Assembly (NCBI GenBank): GCA_009843915.1
Contig: VYCM01000143.1
Span: forward strand, 339-64,338
Direction: 5' to 3'
Source of the DNA: Acidimicrobiaceae bacterium
GTDB taxonomy: Bacteria > Actinomycetota > Acidimicrobiia > Acidimicrobiales > Aldehydirespiratoraceae
Length of the DNA stretch: 64,000 bases
Each line of letters opens with the position of its first letter. Positions within the stretch are counted from its first letter, which is position 1. The position numbers and the translations under genes are program-made. Below are positions 9,760 through 20,025 of this stretch, in pieces. A model generated the notes under the pieces. The model worked only from the letters and a program-made list of their open reading frames with translations. It was not told the DNA's origin and made no database searches.

Positions 9760-11028
9760 TCAGCTGGCGCGCCGGGAGCGAGTGTCGTCCTCCTCGGCGC
9801 GCGGTACGAGCGTGGGGTTCACGTTCCGGCTTACGGCCTCGCGGTCGATCACCACAGTGGAGATGTCCTCGCGACCCGGAAGGTCGTACATGATGTCGAG
9901 CAGGACCTCCTCGAGCACGGCCCGCAGCCCCCGAGCCCCCGATGCCCGCTTGATGGCCTCGTCGGCTATGGCCTCCAAGGCGTCCTCTTCGAAGGCCAGA
10001 TCGACGTTCTCGAACCGGAACATCTTCTGGTACTGCTTGACGAGGGCGTTGCGGGGTTCCACCAGGATGCGCATCAGGGCGTCGCGCTCCAGACTGCCGA
10101 CCGCCCCCATCACCGGCAGCCGCCCGATGAACTCGGGGATCAGCCCGTACTTGGTGAGATCCTCGGGGAGCACCTCGGCGAAGATGGCGCCCAAGTCCTT
10201 GTCCTCGGGCCGGCGGATGTCGGCGCCGAATCCGACGCCCCGGGCGCCGGCGCGACGCTCCACGATCTTCTCGATGCCGGCGAATGCTCCCCCGCAGATG
10301 AAAAGGACATTGGTCGTGTCGATCTGGATGAACTCCTGGTGGGGGTGCTTGCGCCCTCCCTGCGGGGGCACGGATGCCGAAGTGCCCTCCAGGATCTTGA
10401 GCAGAGCCTGCTGGACGCCCTCGCCCGAGACGTCGCGAGTGATCGACGGGTTCTCGCTCTTGCGGGCGATCTTGTCGATCTCGTCTATGTAGATGATGCC
10501 TTTCTCGGCCTTCTTGACGTCGTAATCGGCGGCCTGGATGAGCTTGAGGAGGATGTTCTCCACATCCTCGCCCACGTAGCCGGCCTCGGTCAGGGCGGTG
10601 GCGTCGGCTATGGCGAAGGGCACGTTGAGCATCCGGGCGAGCGTCTGGGCCATGAGCGTCTTGCCGCAGCCGGTCGGGCCGATGAGAAGGATGTTCGACT
10701 TCTGCAGCTCTACCTCGGGGTCCTGGCTCTCGCCGAGCTGCACTCGCTTGTAGTGGTTGTAGACCGCGACCGAGAGGATGCGCTTGGCGCTGTCCTGCCC
10801 GACGATGTAGTCGTCGAGGAAGGTGTAGATCTCACGAGGGGCGGGCAGCTCGCCGACGGGGTCGTCGGACGGGCCGGCCAGTTCCTCGTCGATGATCTCG
10901 TTGCACAGGTCGATGCACTCGTCGCAGATGTAGACGCCGGGGCCGGCGATGAGCTTCTTGACCTGTTTCTGCGACTTGCCGCAGAACGAGCACTTCAGAA
11001 GCTCGCCACCCTCACCAAGCTTGGCCAC
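9760..11028 (-). CDS. clpX: ATP-dependent Clp protease ATP-binding subunit ClpX
   Basis: C4 zinc finger [37 protein letters not shown]. Confidence 0.98.
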   Translation of the reverse strand: MAKLGEGGELLKCSFCGKSQKQVKKLIAGPGVYICDECIDLCNEIIDEELAGPSDDPVGELPAPREIYTFLDDYIVGQDSAKRILSVAVYNHYKRVQLGESQDPEVELQKSNILLIGPTGCGKTLMAQTLARMLNVPFAIADATALTEAGYVGEDVENILLKLIQAADYDVKKAEKGIIYIDEIDKIARKSENPSITRDVSGEGVQQALLKILEGTSASVPPQGGRKHPHQEFIQIDTTNVLFICGGAFAGIEKIVERRAGARGVGFGADIRRPEDKDLGAIFAEVLPEDLTKYGLIPEFIGRLPVMGAVGSLERDALMRILVEPRNALVKQYQKMFRFENVDLAFEEDALEAIADEAIKRASGARGLRAVLEEVLLDIMYDLPGREDISTVVIDREAVSRNVNPTLVPRAEEDDTRSRRAS

Positions 11029-11050
11029 GCGGTCGTCTCCCCTTCAAGTG

Positions 11051-11689
11051 TCAGCTGATCGCACGAATGGCGCTGCTGTTGTCCACCACATTACGCGCTT
11101 CGATCACCTCGTCGATGATCCCGTACTCCTTGGCCTGCTCGGCGGTCATGACGAAGTCCCGGTCGGTGTCGGTGGCGATCTGCTCGATGGGCTGGCCGGT
11201 GTGCTCCGAGAGCACCTCCTCCAACGACTTCTTCAGCCGGGCCACCTCGGAGGCGATCCGCTCTATGTCGCTGGCATCGCCGTGCGCCCCCGCGTAGGGC
11301 TGGTGGAGGAGGATCTTGGCGTGTGGGAGGGCAAGGCGCTTGCCTCTGGTACCGGCCGCCAGCAGCACGGCGGCAGCCGATGCAGCCTGACCGAAGCAGA
11401 TGGTGGTGATGTCGGGCTTGATGTACTGCATCGTGTCGTAGATCGCGAACAGCGAGTTGATGTCCCCGCCGGGGCTGTTGATGTAGAGGTTGATGTCCTT
11501 GTCGGGATCCTCGGACTCGAGGTGCAGGAGCTGCGCGCAGATCAGGTTGGCGACCACGTCGTCGATGGGGGTGCCCAGGAAGATGATGTTCTCCTTGAGG
11601 AGCCGGCTGTACAGGTCGAAGGCACGCTCGCCGCGGTTGGTCTGCTCCACCACGGTCGGGACCAAGTAGTTGCGGGGGCTGATGCTCAC
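11051..11689 (-). CDS. clpP: ATP-dependent Clp protease proteolytic subunit
   Basis: [25 protein letters not shown] (Ser) and HQP (His); GTG start overlaps tig stop (GTGA). Confidence 0.95.
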   Translation of the reverse strand: MSISPRNYLVPTVVEQTNRGERAFDLYSRLLKENIIFLGTPIDDVVANLICAQLLHLESEDPDKDINLYINSPGGDINSLFAIYDTMQYIKPDITTICFGQAASAAAVLLAAGTRGKRLALPHAKILLHQPYAGAHGDASDIERIASEVARLKKSLEEVLSEHTGQPIEQIATDTDRDFVMTAEQAKEYGIIDEVIEARNVVDNSSAIRAIS

Positions 11690-13122
11690 GATACGTCCTG
11701 GGGTTGTTCGTCCTGGGTTTGTTCGTCCTGGGATGGATCGGCGTCTACATCCTGAGGGCTCGCCGCGCCTTCGCCAACGTCGGCGGGAAGGGTCAGCAGC
11801 TCCGGATCGACGACCTCCCCGTCGGGATCGACCAGCTCGACCCGCTCGGTGATCCACTCCATGGCGGTCCGCTTGGAGATCTGCGAACGCATGTCCGACA
11901 GCCGTCCGGACGAGGCCAGCGCGTCGCGCAGCCGGGCGGTCTCGGCCGCCGCATCCACCTCGGCGCCGTTGCCGGCCGCGACCACAGCCTGCTCCAGTTC
12001 GGCGTCGACCGCCTCGTCGTCCGCCTCGAGACCCTCGGCCACGGCCACGGCCCGCAGCGCGAGATCCAGCTTGACGCTGCGGTCGGCGCTGAGCCGCAGG
12101 CCGCCCTCGAACTCGTCGCGGGACTGGCCGATGCTGTCGAGGTAGTCGTCGAGCTCGTAGCCCCGCTGGGCGAGGTCTCTGGTCAGGTTCTCGCGCCGCG
12201 CGTCCACCTCCGACGCGATCATCGCCTCGGGAACCTCGTCGGTGACGAGACCAGCCACCGCGGCGGCGACAGCCTCGCGGCGCACCGATTCGGCGTACAT
12301 CACCCTGGTTCTGGCCTGTCCGGCCTCGAGCGCGCCGCGGAACTCCTCGGCCGTGTCGAACTCGGTGTTGGCCCCCACGAACTCGTCGTCGAAGTCGGGC
12401 AGGACAGCCTCCTGCACCTCCTTGACGAGCACCCGGAAACGGAGCTTCTGATCCTCGTCGGGGTCGGGATGCGAGGCCAGGAACTCCAGGATGTCGCCGG
12501 CGCTGGAGCCGCGCAGGTTCTCGTCGATCTCGGGCACCACCGCCCCGGTGCCGAGCAGGTAGTCGTAGTCGGAGGTAGTGAGACCGTCGATGGTCTCGCC
12601 GCCCAGGGCGCCGGTGATGTCGATGGTGAGATGATCGCCGTCGACCGCGGCCCGCTTCACCGGCGCCAGCTCCGCGAATTGCCTGCGGAACCGGTCGATC
12701 TCGGCCTCGATCTCCTCCTCGTCGACTGCAGGGCTGGGGATCTGCACGCTCAACTCGTCGTAGCCCGACACCAGGATGGCCGGACGGACGTCGACCACCG
12801 CGTCGAAGGACACCGGACCCGCTTCCGCGCCCTCGGTGACCTCGATGCGGGGCGCGTCGATGACGTCGACGTCGTGCTCGACGACGGCGCGGGCGTAGTA
12901 GTCGGGCAGGGAGGCCCGCAGGGCCTCCGCCCGGCCCGCCGCCGGTCCCAGCTGCGCCTCCAGCAGCCGTCGGGGCGCCCTGCCGGGACGGAAACCCGGA
13001 ATCCGCACCTCGTGGGCGATGCGCCTGAAGGCCGCCTCGACCTCGGTCTCGAACTCTGCCTCATCCAACTCTACGGTCAGCTTGACGCGGTTGTCGGTGA
13101 GCGTCTCGACGCTGCTGCGCAC
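11686..13122 (-). CDS. tig: Trigger factor
   Basis: [10 protein letters not shown] ribosome-binding motif, FKBP-like middle domain; start placed at GTG 13122 behind TACACT -10. Confidence 0.93.
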   Translation of the reverse strand: MRSSVETLTDNRVKLTVELDEAEFETEVEAAFRRIAHEVRIPGFRPGRAPRRLLEAQLGPAAGRAEALRASLPDYYARAVVEHDVDVIDAPRIEVTEGAEAGPVSFDAVVDVRPAILVSGYDELSVQIPSPAVDEEEIEAEIDRFRRQFAELAPVKRAAVDGDHLTIDITGALGGETIDGLTTSDYDYLLGTGAVVPEIDENLRGSSAGDILEFLASHPDPDEDQKLRFRVLVKEVQEAVLPDFDDEFVGANTEFDTAEEFRGALEAGQARTRVMYAESVRREAVAAAVAGLVTDEVPEAMIASEVDARRENLTRDLAQRGYELDDYLDSIGQSRDEFEGGLRLSADRSVKLDLALRAVAVAEGLEADDEAVDAELEQAVVAAGNGAEVDAAAETARLRDALASSGRLSDMRSQISKRTAMEWITERVELVDPDGEVVDPELLTLPADVGEGAASPQDVDADPSQDEQTQDEQPQDVS

Positions 13123-13231
13123 GGCCGCGAGTGTACCGGTGCGGTCCCGCGGCACTACGCGAGCCCCGTCCCCGTCCAGCCCTGATGTTCGAAGCATCGC
13201 AGTGGTCAAGGGCCGCTACCGTGAGGGGCCC

Positions 13232-13303
13232 GCGGGCGTAGTTCAACGGCTAGAACCTCAGCCTTCCAAGCTGATGATGCCGGTTCGATTCCGGTCGCCC
13301 GCT
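13232..13303 (+). tRNA. tRNA-Gly(TCC)
   Basis: GCGGGCG/CGCCCGC acceptor stem, TCAGC-CTTCCAA-GCTGA anticodon arm, GGTTCGATTCC T arm. Confidence 0.96.
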
Positions 13304-13333
13304 CAAGCGTCCAACTACCAGCAAGCCTGTGCC

Positions 13334-14605
13334 ATGACCGAGTCACTGCTCGAACGCTCAGCCCGCTTCATCGACGGCGCCACCTACGAGGGACCTGAGA
13401 GCGTCAACCCCGTGGACAGGTCTTTCCACGAGATCGCCGACGGCGTGGGGCTGGTGTGCGGCTTCTCCCACATCTGGACACTCGACGCCGACGAGGGGCT
13501 CGTGGTGGTGGACACGTCCCAGCCCGACTGGGCGTCTGCCGCGCTGGAGCATCTCCGCCGGTGGCGTGACGTTCCGGTCGACACCATCGTCTACACCCAC
13601 GGGCATGTGGACCACGTCAGCGGCGCGCCCGTCTTTCGCGACGACGCCGTGGAGCGCAGGCGTCCCTCGCCGAGGGTGGTGGCCCATGACGCGGTGGGGC
13701 GACGCTTCGAGCGCTACGACCTCACCCGCGGCTACAACGAATGCGTCAACGCCCGCCAGTTCGGCAGGAGATACCGGGCCGGGTTCTTCGACATCGACTG
13801 GGTGAAGCCTCACCTGACCTACTCCGACGGCATGGAGTTGGAGGTGGGCGAGACCAGGATGCAGTTGACCCACGAGAAGGGCGAGACCGACGATCACACC
13901 ATCGTGTGGGTGCCGCAGCAGGGGGTTCTGTTCACCGGTGACCTGGTCATCTGGGCCTTCCCGAACGCCGGCAACCCCCAGAAGGCGCAGCGCTACCCCT
14001 CGGAGTGGGCCGCGGCGCTGCGGCGCATGATCGATCTGCGCCCCTCCCTGCTGGCTCCCGCGCACGGCCTGCCCGTCGCCGGCACGGAGCGGATCGCCCG
14101 AGTCCTTGACGACACCGCCACCGCGCTCGAGGGCCTCGTGGCCGACACCCTGGCGATGATGAACGCAGGCGCTTCCCTCGACGAGATCCTGCACACGGTG
14201 CGGGTGCCCACCGATCTCCTGGAACGGCCGTACCTGCGCCCCTCCTACGACGAGCCCGAGTTCGTGGTGCGCAACATCTGGCGCCTGTACGGCGGTTGGC
14301 ACGACGCCAACCCGGCCCGGCTCAAGCCCGCACCCGACGCCGCCATAGCCGCGGAGGTGGCGATTATGGCTGGTGGGGCGGCCGCGCTGGCCCAGCGGGC
14401 CGCCGAACTCTGCGAGGCCGGAGAACTGCGGCTCGCCTGCCAGCTGGTCGAGTGGGCCGCCCAGGCTGCACCCGCCGACGAGGAGGTCCACGCCGCGAGG
14501 GCTGAGGTGTACCGGATCCGCCGCGACAGTGAGCTGTCCTTGATGGCCCGAAACATCTTCCGGGATGCGTTCTATTCCTCGAAAGCCCGGCTGCAACCCG
14601 AGTAG
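13334..14605 (+). CDS. MBL-fold alkyl/aryl-sulfatase-like hydrolase with dimerisation domain
   Basis: YTHGHVDH metallo-beta-lactamase motif, GETDDH, GD..FPN, YGGW..NPA.L (SdsA-like). Confidence 0.8.
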   Translation: MTESLLERSARFIDGATYEGPESVNPVDRSFHEIADGVGLVCGFSHIWTLDADEGLVVVDTSQPDWASAALEHLRRWRDVPVDTIVYTHGHVDHVSGAPVFRDDAVERRRPSPRVVAHDAVGRRFERYDLTRGYNECVNARQFGRRYRAGFFDIDWVKPHLTYSDGMELEVGETRMQLTHEKGETDDHTIVWVPQQGVLFTGDLVIWAFPNAGNPQKAQRYPSEWAAALRRMIDLRPSLLAPAHGLPVAGTERIARVLDDTATALEGLVADTLAMMNAGASLDEILHTVRVPTDLLERPYLRPSYDEPEFVVRNIWRLYGGWHDANPARLKPAPDAAIAAEVAIMAGGAAALAQRAAELCEAGELRLACQLVEWAAQAAPADEEVHAARAEVYRIRRDSELSLMARNIFRDAFYSSKARLQPE

Positions 14606-14621
14606 GCACCAGACTGACGGC

Positions 14622-15692
14622 ATGCGCACCGAGTTCGATCCCGACCGGCTTCCCCTGACGATCCTGGAGCTCTTCAGGATCAAGCAGGGAGAGATGGTCT
14701 CAGCCCTCATGCACCTGGGCACGCGCCTGGGCCTCTGGGGAGCACTCCGAGACTCCGAGCCCTGCACGAGCACCCAACTGGCCGAGGCGTCCGGCCTCCA
14801 GGAGCGCTGGGTCCGGGAATGGCTTCACGGGATGGCCGCCACCGAGCTCGTGCAGCATGATGACGGCCGCTTTGCGCTGACGCCCGAGGCCCGGGTGGCG
14901 CTGACCGACAGGGACCACTGGTCCTTCATGCCCGGGGTGTTCGGGCCTCCCATGACGCACTACGAGATAGAGCGAACCGCGGAGGCGTTCCGCACCGGCG
15001 TGGGCATGACTTGGGCCGAGCACGGCGACCACGCCTGCCACATGCAGTGCTCCATGTCGGCGGCTCGGCAAGAGAGCTTCCTCGTGCCGACGGTCCTGGC
15101 CTCCTTCGATGGAGCGACCGACCGGCTGCGAGCCGGTAGCGCCCGCATCGTGGATGTCGGCTGCGGAGCCGGGGTGGCGGCCAGGCTGCTGGCGTCGAGC
15201 TTCCCCCAGGCGACCGTGGTGGGCATCGACCCCTCCGAGCGGGCGATCACGTCGGCCCGGGCCGAGACGGAAGCCGCTGGCCTCGACAACGTGACCTTCG
15301 AGCAGGGAACCTTCGACGACTTGGACCTCTTCGGGCCGGTCGACCTGCTCGTGACCCTCGACGTGCTGCACGACCTGCCGCGCCCGCAGGACGCGATCGC
15401 GGCCGCCAGCCGGAATCTGGCCGCCGACGGCTGGTGGCTGGTGGCCGACATCAAAGGGCGCGGGGACCTGGAATCCAACCGGAAGATCCCGGTGCTGCCC
15501 TACATGTACGCGATGTCGGTCTTCTACTGCATGTCCTCCGCCCTGTCAGAGCCGGGAGGCGAGGGCTTGGGGACCCTGGGGATGTACCCGGCCCGACTGG
15601 AGGAGATGGTCACAGGCGCCGGGTTCACCCGGTTCACCCGCCATGACGTCGAGCTGGACCCGACCAACTGGTACTACGAGATCCGGCTTTGA
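14622..15692 (+). CDS. Class I SAM-dependent methyltransferase with N-terminal winged-helix domain
   Basis: LAEASGLQERWVREWL N-domain, DVGCGAG motif I, DVLHD. Confidence 0.82.
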   Translation: MRTEFDPDRLPLTILELFRIKQGEMVSALMHLGTRLGLWGALRDSEPCTSTQLAEASGLQERWVREWLHGMAATELVQHDDGRFALTPEARVALTDRDHWSFMPGVFGPPMTHYEIERTAEAFRTGVGMTWAEHGDHACHMQCSMSAARQESFLVPTVLASFDGATDRLRAGSARIVDVGCGAGVAARLLASSFPQATVVGIDPSERAITSARAETEAAGLDNVTFEQGTFDDLDLFGPVDLLVTLDVLHDLPRPQDAIAAASRNLAADGWWLVADIKGRGDLESNRKIPVLPYMYAMSVFYCMSSALSEPGGEGLGTLGMYPARLEEMVTGAGFTRFTRHDVELDPTNWYYEIRL

Positions 15693-15710
15693 CCCAGGCC
15701 GCGCTCAGGT

Positions 15711-15980
15711 CTAGTCGTCGGCCGAATCGGACTCCGCGGCCCGGGGCGCCACCTCGGGATAGAGGTGGGAGATGGTGCCCGGCTCGATACGGCAGGACTC
15801 GATGTAGGCATCCACGTCCTCGCCCTTGACACGGATCACCCGGCCCATCCGGTAGGCAGCGATGTATCCCTCATCAATGAAGCGGTACAGCGTTCGCGTC
15901 GTGATGCCGAGGCGCTTGGCCGCCGCGGTCGTACCCAGCCACTCGATCTGAGCCTGCTCGGGTTGTTCTTCATCGATCAT
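15711..15980 (-). CDS. Small excisionase-like (HTH_17/BldC-like) DNA-binding protein
   Basis: WLGTTAAAKRLGITTRTLYRFIDEG.IAAYRMGRVIRV pattern. Confidence 0.8.
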   Translation of the reverse strand: MIDEEQPEQAQIEWLGTTAAAKRLGITTRTLYRFIDEGYIAAYRMGRVIRVKGEDVDAYIESCRIEPGTISHLYPEVAPRAAESDSADD

Positions 15981-16217
15981 GGCTATAGTTGCCTTTCGAT
16001 CCATTCTATGATGATTTAGGCCTGTCGAAGCTCATCGCACGAACAGCATGCCCTACGACGAGATCAAGCAGAGTCTATGGCAATGACCGCGGTAGAAGGT
16101 GGATACACGTCCATCTCGGCCCAACCAGCCGCGGCGAGAATGCCCACACGGCCGACGACCGCTGTCCGCCACACATGCGGGCCTCAAGAGCGGGCGTCAA
16201 CGACTAGCCTGAGGAAC

Positions 16218-17261
16218 GTGATCGATCGGGTCCTACTGGCTTCGCCGCGCGGGTTCTGCGCCGGAGTGGACATGGCGATCAAGGCGCTGACCTGGATGAT
16301 CCAGGCCTTCGATCCGCCCGTGTACTGCTACCACGAGATAATCCACAACCAGAAGGTGGTGAAGCGCTTCGAGGACGCGGGCGTCGTGTTCGTCGACGAC
16401 ATCTCCGAGGTGCCGCCGGGAGAGCCGATCATGCTCTCGGCCCACGGCTCCGCCCCGGAGGTGGTGCAGGTCGCCCGCGATCGGGGCGGCTACGTCGTGG
16501 ACGCCGTCTGCCCCCTGGTCACCAAGGTCCACCACGAGGTCAAGACCCGGGCCGCCAAGGGCTACAAGATCGTTTACGTGGGTCACGAGGGCCACGAGGA
16601 GGCCGTGGGGACGATGGCCGTCGCCCCCGAGGCCATCTACCGCGTGGAGAACGCCAGGGGGGTGGCCGCACTGCCGGAGTTCTCCGAACCGGTCGCCGTC
16701 CTGGCCCAGACCACCCTCTCGCACCGTGAGTGGGAGGGAGTGCTGGAGCACACCCGCCGGCGCTTCCCCGACTTGTGGCAGCCGAGCATCAGCGACCTCT
16801 GCTTCGCGACCACCAACCGGCAGACGGCGCTGATGGAGATTGCGCCCGAATGCGACGCCGTGCTGGTCATCGGATCAGCCAACTCGTCCAACACCCAGTC
16901 CTTGGTGGACTTGGCAGCCGAGGCGGGCTGCCGCAGGGTGCTGAGGATCAACGACGCCGACGACATTCCCCCCGACCTCTCGGGAACGATCGGTGTGACT
17001 GCGGGAGCCTCCGCACCCGAAGACCTCGTCAGGGGGGTCATCGAGCGTCTGGCGCCCGCTCAGGGCACCGAGGAGGTGACCGTCATCGACGAGGACGAGT
17101 ACTTCCCGCCGCCGCGCAACCTTCGCGACCTGCTGGCCGCCGTGGAAGCGGCCGCCGTCGTGAGCCTCGGATCCCGAACCCGAGACCGGGAGCCCTTGAG
17201 CGACCGCACGATCGACGCCAGCGACCTGCTCGACAGGCTCAGCCCGAGCCCGGCCGCCTAA
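16218..17261 (+). CDS. ispH: 4-hydroxy-3-methylbut-2-enyl diphosphate reductase
   Basis: PRGFCAGV, SAHG, DAVCPLVTKVH, LCFATTNRQ, NSSN, TAGASAPE. Confidence 0.95.
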   Translation: MIDRVLLASPRGFCAGVDMAIKALTWMIQAFDPPVYCYHEIIHNQKVVKRFEDAGVVFVDDISEVPPGEPIMLSAHGSAPEVVQVARDRGGYVVDAVCPLVTKVHHEVKTRAAKGYKIVYVGHEGHEEAVGTMAVAPEAIYRVENARGVAALPEFSEPVAVLAQTTLSHREWEGVLEHTRRRFPDLWQPSISDLCFATTNRQTALMEIAPECDAVLVIGSANSSNTQSLVDLAAEAGCRRVLRINDADDIPPDLSGTIGVTAGASAPEDLVRGVIERLAPAQGTEEVTVIDEDEYFPPPRNLRDLLAAVEAAAVVSLGSRTRDREPLSDRTIDASDLLDRLSPSPAA

Positions 17262-17269
17262 CTCGTGAT

Positions 17270-18007
17270 TCAGGCTTGGGGCGGTTCCTGACCGGCTAGC
17301 ACGCGGGCCTCCACGTAGAGGTCGCCCAACTCGACGAAGAGGCGGTCGGTGACCTCGCTCACGGCCCGGCGCGGCACCCGCCCGCCGACCTTGGCGGGCG
17401 GTGGGATCGGTTCGCCGACGACGACGATTACCCGGCGGGGGCGAGGCACGAACGAACCCACTGGAAGGGCCCGGACAGTGCCGCCGAGCCCGACAGGAAC
17501 GATCGGTACCCCGGCGCGGGCCGCGACGAACGCCGGCCCGTCCATCATGTCGTCGCGCCGGACCCGGTCGCCGGTGCGTCGAGTCCCCTCAGGGAACATC
17601 ACCAGCGGCTCGCCGAGTGCCAGCACGTCGGTGGCGGCCCGCAGCGCGGTGCGGTCGGCGGTTCCCCGCTCCACGGGAAAGCCGCCCAGCACGGTGAGTA
17701 ACGTGCCCAGGGGCCTGTTCTCCCACAGGCTCTCCTTTCCCATGAAGCGCAGCCGCCTGCTGGTGGCCATCCCGGCGATCGGGGTGTCGATGAAGGACCG
17801 GTGTACGGGCGACAGGATGAACGGGCCGGGCGGGAAGTTCTCCTTACCCTCAACCCGCAGCCTGAACAGCAGCTTGCACAGGGCGAGGACCATCGACCAG
17901 AGAACCCCATAAAGGAGCCGCCCCCAGAGGGGCTGGCGACTGCGGTGAAGGGCATCGTCGCCGGCCGTGCCGTCCTGCCTACGGCGCCCGTATGCGCTGC
18001 GGCTCAT
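17270..18007 (-). CDS. plsC: 1-acyl-sn-glycerol-3-phosphate (lysophospholipid) acyltransferase
   Basis: HRSFID (HxxxxD), FPEGTR; follows cmk. Confidence 0.85.
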   Translation of the reverse strand: MSRSAYGRRRQDGTAGDDALHRSRQPLWGRLLYGVLWSMVLALCKLLFRLRVEGKENFPPGPFILSPVHRSFIDTPIAGMATSRRLRFMGKESLWENRPLGTLLTVLGGFPVERGTADRTALRAATDVLALGEPLVMFPEGTRRTGDRVRRDDMMDGPAFVAARAGVPIVPVGLGGTVRALPVGSFVPRPRRVIVVVGEPIPPPAKVGGRVPRRAVSEVTDRLFVELGDLYVEARVLAGQEPPQA

Positions 18008-18017
18008 GACCTCCCGC

Positions 18018-18686
18018 TCACACCAGTTCCAGTATCTGCTCGATCGTCTCGTCGAAGGTCTTGTCGGTGGTGTCGAGCACCAATGCCTCCGGGGCCACCG
18101 CCAGCGGACCGGTACGGCGGGTGGAGTCGATCATGTCGCGCCGGGCCAGATCGGCGGCGACGGCATCGACTCCTGCGGCCTCGGGTCCGCCGTCGGGCGG
18201 GTTCGGTGCGTCGGCCAGGCCGTCCTGGCGGGCCCGGCGCAGGGCTCTGACCGCGGGGTCGGCGGTCAGGTAGACCTTGACCGCGGCGTCGGGGAACACC
18301 ACTGTGCCGATGTCGCGCCCCTCCAGCACTCCCCCGCCGCACCGGCGGACCCACTCGCGCTGGCGGGCCACCATCTCGGACCGCACGTCGGGGTTGGCCG
18401 CGACCAGGCTCACAGCCCGGTTCACGGACCGCCCCCGGATCTCCACCGTGGCGTCCACGCCGTCGACGAAGACCCGGTCCTGCTCGACCCGGAGGTCGAT
18501 GGCGCGGGCCACATTCGCGCTGAAGCGGTTGTCGGCGGGATCGCCGCCGGCCCGCAGCACCGCGAACGTGACCGCCCGGTACATCGCACCGGTGTCGAGG
18601 TACTCCATGCCCAGCCGGTCGGCCACGGCCCGGGCGACGCTGGTCTTGCCCGAGCCGGCCGGGCCGTCGATGGCTATGACCCTCAT
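18018..18686 (-). CDS. cmk: Cytidylate kinase
   Basis: IAIDGPAGSGKT, YLDTGAMYRA, EGRDIGTVVFPDA. Confidence 0.96.
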   Translation of the reverse strand: MRVIAIDGPAGSGKTSVARAVADRLGMEYLDTGAMYRAVTFAVLRAGGDPADNRFSANVARAIDLRVEQDRVFVDGVDATVEIRGRSVNRAVSLVAANPDVRSEMVARQREWVRRCGGGVLEGRDIGTVVFPDAAVKVYLTADPAVRALRRARQDGLADAPNPPDGGPEAAGVDAVAADLARRDMIDSTRRTGPLAVAPEALVLDTTDKTFDETIEQILELV

Positions 18687-18721
18687 GTGGTTATGACCCT
18701 CATCTGAGCTATAACCCTCAT
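18673..18721 (-). repeat. Three imperfect tandem copies of the cmk start (ATGAGGGTYATARC)
   Basis: Copies at 18673-18686, 18690-18703 and 18708-18721. Confidence 0.9.
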
Positions 18722-20025
18722 GGGTGCCCTCCGCCGGGCAGTCTCAGAGCCTCCAGCGCCTCGTAGAAGCCGGGGAACGTCTTGGCTACGCACCCGGGGT
18801 TCTCGATCTGCATTCCCGGCACCGACAGGCCCAGAACCGAGAACGCCATCGCGATCCGGTGGTCGTCGTAGGTGCGGACCCGGGCACCCACGGGAGCCGG
18901 AGGGGGCACCACCTCGAACCCGTCGGCCGACTCCCGAGCCTGGACGCCGCACCGGCGGAGCTCCGAGACCACGGCGGCTATCCGGTCGCTCTCCTTGCCC
19001 CGCACGAATCCGATGCCCCGCACCGTCGTGGGAGTGCCGGCCACGGCGGCCACCACGCCCAGGGTGGGGGCGGTGTCGGACATGTCGGACAGGTCGACAT
19101 CCACGCCCCGCAGGGGGCCGCCGATCACCCGGGTGCCGGCCTCGTCCTGGTCCACCCCCGCCCCCATGTCCGCCAGCAACGCGGCGAAGCGGGCGTCGCC
19201 CTGGACCGAACCGGAGCCGAGGCCCTCGACCCGCACCGTGCCGCAGGTCACCGCGGCCGCTGCCATGAAGTACGAGGCCGACGAGGCGTCGGGCTCCACC
19301 TCGAAGCGCCCGGGGGGCCGGTAGCCCTCGCCCGCGATGCGCACCTCGTGGTCGCCGACCTCGACGGCCGCGCCGAAGGCCCTCATGACCTGGGCCGTCA
19401 TCTCGACGTACGACCGGCTCACCACCACCCCGGCGATTCGGATCGTCAGCCCGCCGGGAACCAGTGGTGCGGCCAGCATCAGCCCGGAGAGGAACTGGCT
19501 GGACCGATCGGCGGCCACCGACGTGTCACCGGAGCGGATTGGTCCTCGGATCAGCATCGGCAGGCCGTCACCGCCGGACGGGAGTTCCACCCGAACGCCG
19601 AGCCGCCGCAGCGAGTCGGTCAGATCGCCGAAGGGCCGGGCTCTCAACTGCGGATGGCCGTCCAAGGTCACTGACCGCTCGGACAGGGCCAGCACCGGCG
19701 CTATGAAGCGGCTCGTCGTGCCCGACATTCGGGCGTCCACCACCGCGCCCTCCGGCGCTTCGACCGTTCCTGCGGTGCCGCGGATCTGCATGACCGCCTT
19801 CTCGGGAGTGCAGATCACCTCGGCACCCAGCGACCTGACCGCTTCAACCATGGCCTCGGTGTCGTCGGCGAAGAGAGCGCCGGTGAGCGTGGTCTCGCCC
19901 GAAGCCAGCGCGGCGCAGATGAGAGCCCGGTTGGTGATGCTCTTGGATCCCGGAAGCGTCACGGTCGCGTTCGGCGGGAACTCCAACGGGGCGATGTCCA
20001 GGGACGGGGGCAGGCTCTCCATCAT
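18718..20025 (-). CDS. aroA: 3-phosphoshikimate 1-carboxyvinyltransferase
   Basis: LPGSKSITNRAL, SSQFLSGL, KESDR, DDHRIAMAF, KTFPGF. Confidence 0.96.
   Translation of the reverse strand: MMESLPPSLDIAPLEFPPNATVTLPGSKSITNRALICAALASGETTLTGALFADDTEAMVEAVRSLGAEVICTPEKAVMQIRGTAGTVEAPEGAVVDARMSGTTSRFIAPVLALSERSVTLDGHPQLRARPFGDLTDSLRRLGVRVELPSGGDGLPMLIRGPIRSGDTSVAADRSSQFLSGLMLAAPLVPGGLTIRIAGVVVSRSYVEMTAQVMRAFGAAVEVGDHEVRIAGEGYRPPGRFEVEPDASSASYFMAAAAVTCGTVRVEGLGSGSVQGDARFAALLADMGAGVDQDEAGTRVIGGPLRGVDVDLSDMSDTAPTLGVVAAVAGTPTTVRGIGFVRGKESDRIAAVVSELRRCGVQARESADGFEVVPPPAPVGARVRTYDDHRIAMAFSVLGLSVPGMQIENPGCVAKTFPGFYEALEALRLPGGGHP

Noticed and set aside
11695-11731. 15-bp tandem repeat at the end of tig ([10 protein letters not shown])
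   Set aside because: Low-complexity coding tail with no sign of a separate element.
13019-13333. Long N-terminal extensions in the ORF track (sulfatase through tRNA-Gly; also clpP, scpB, fabH, moeA, pmbA)
   Set aside because: They overlap other genes or tRNAs; downstream starts fit family N-termini and promoter or overlap signals.
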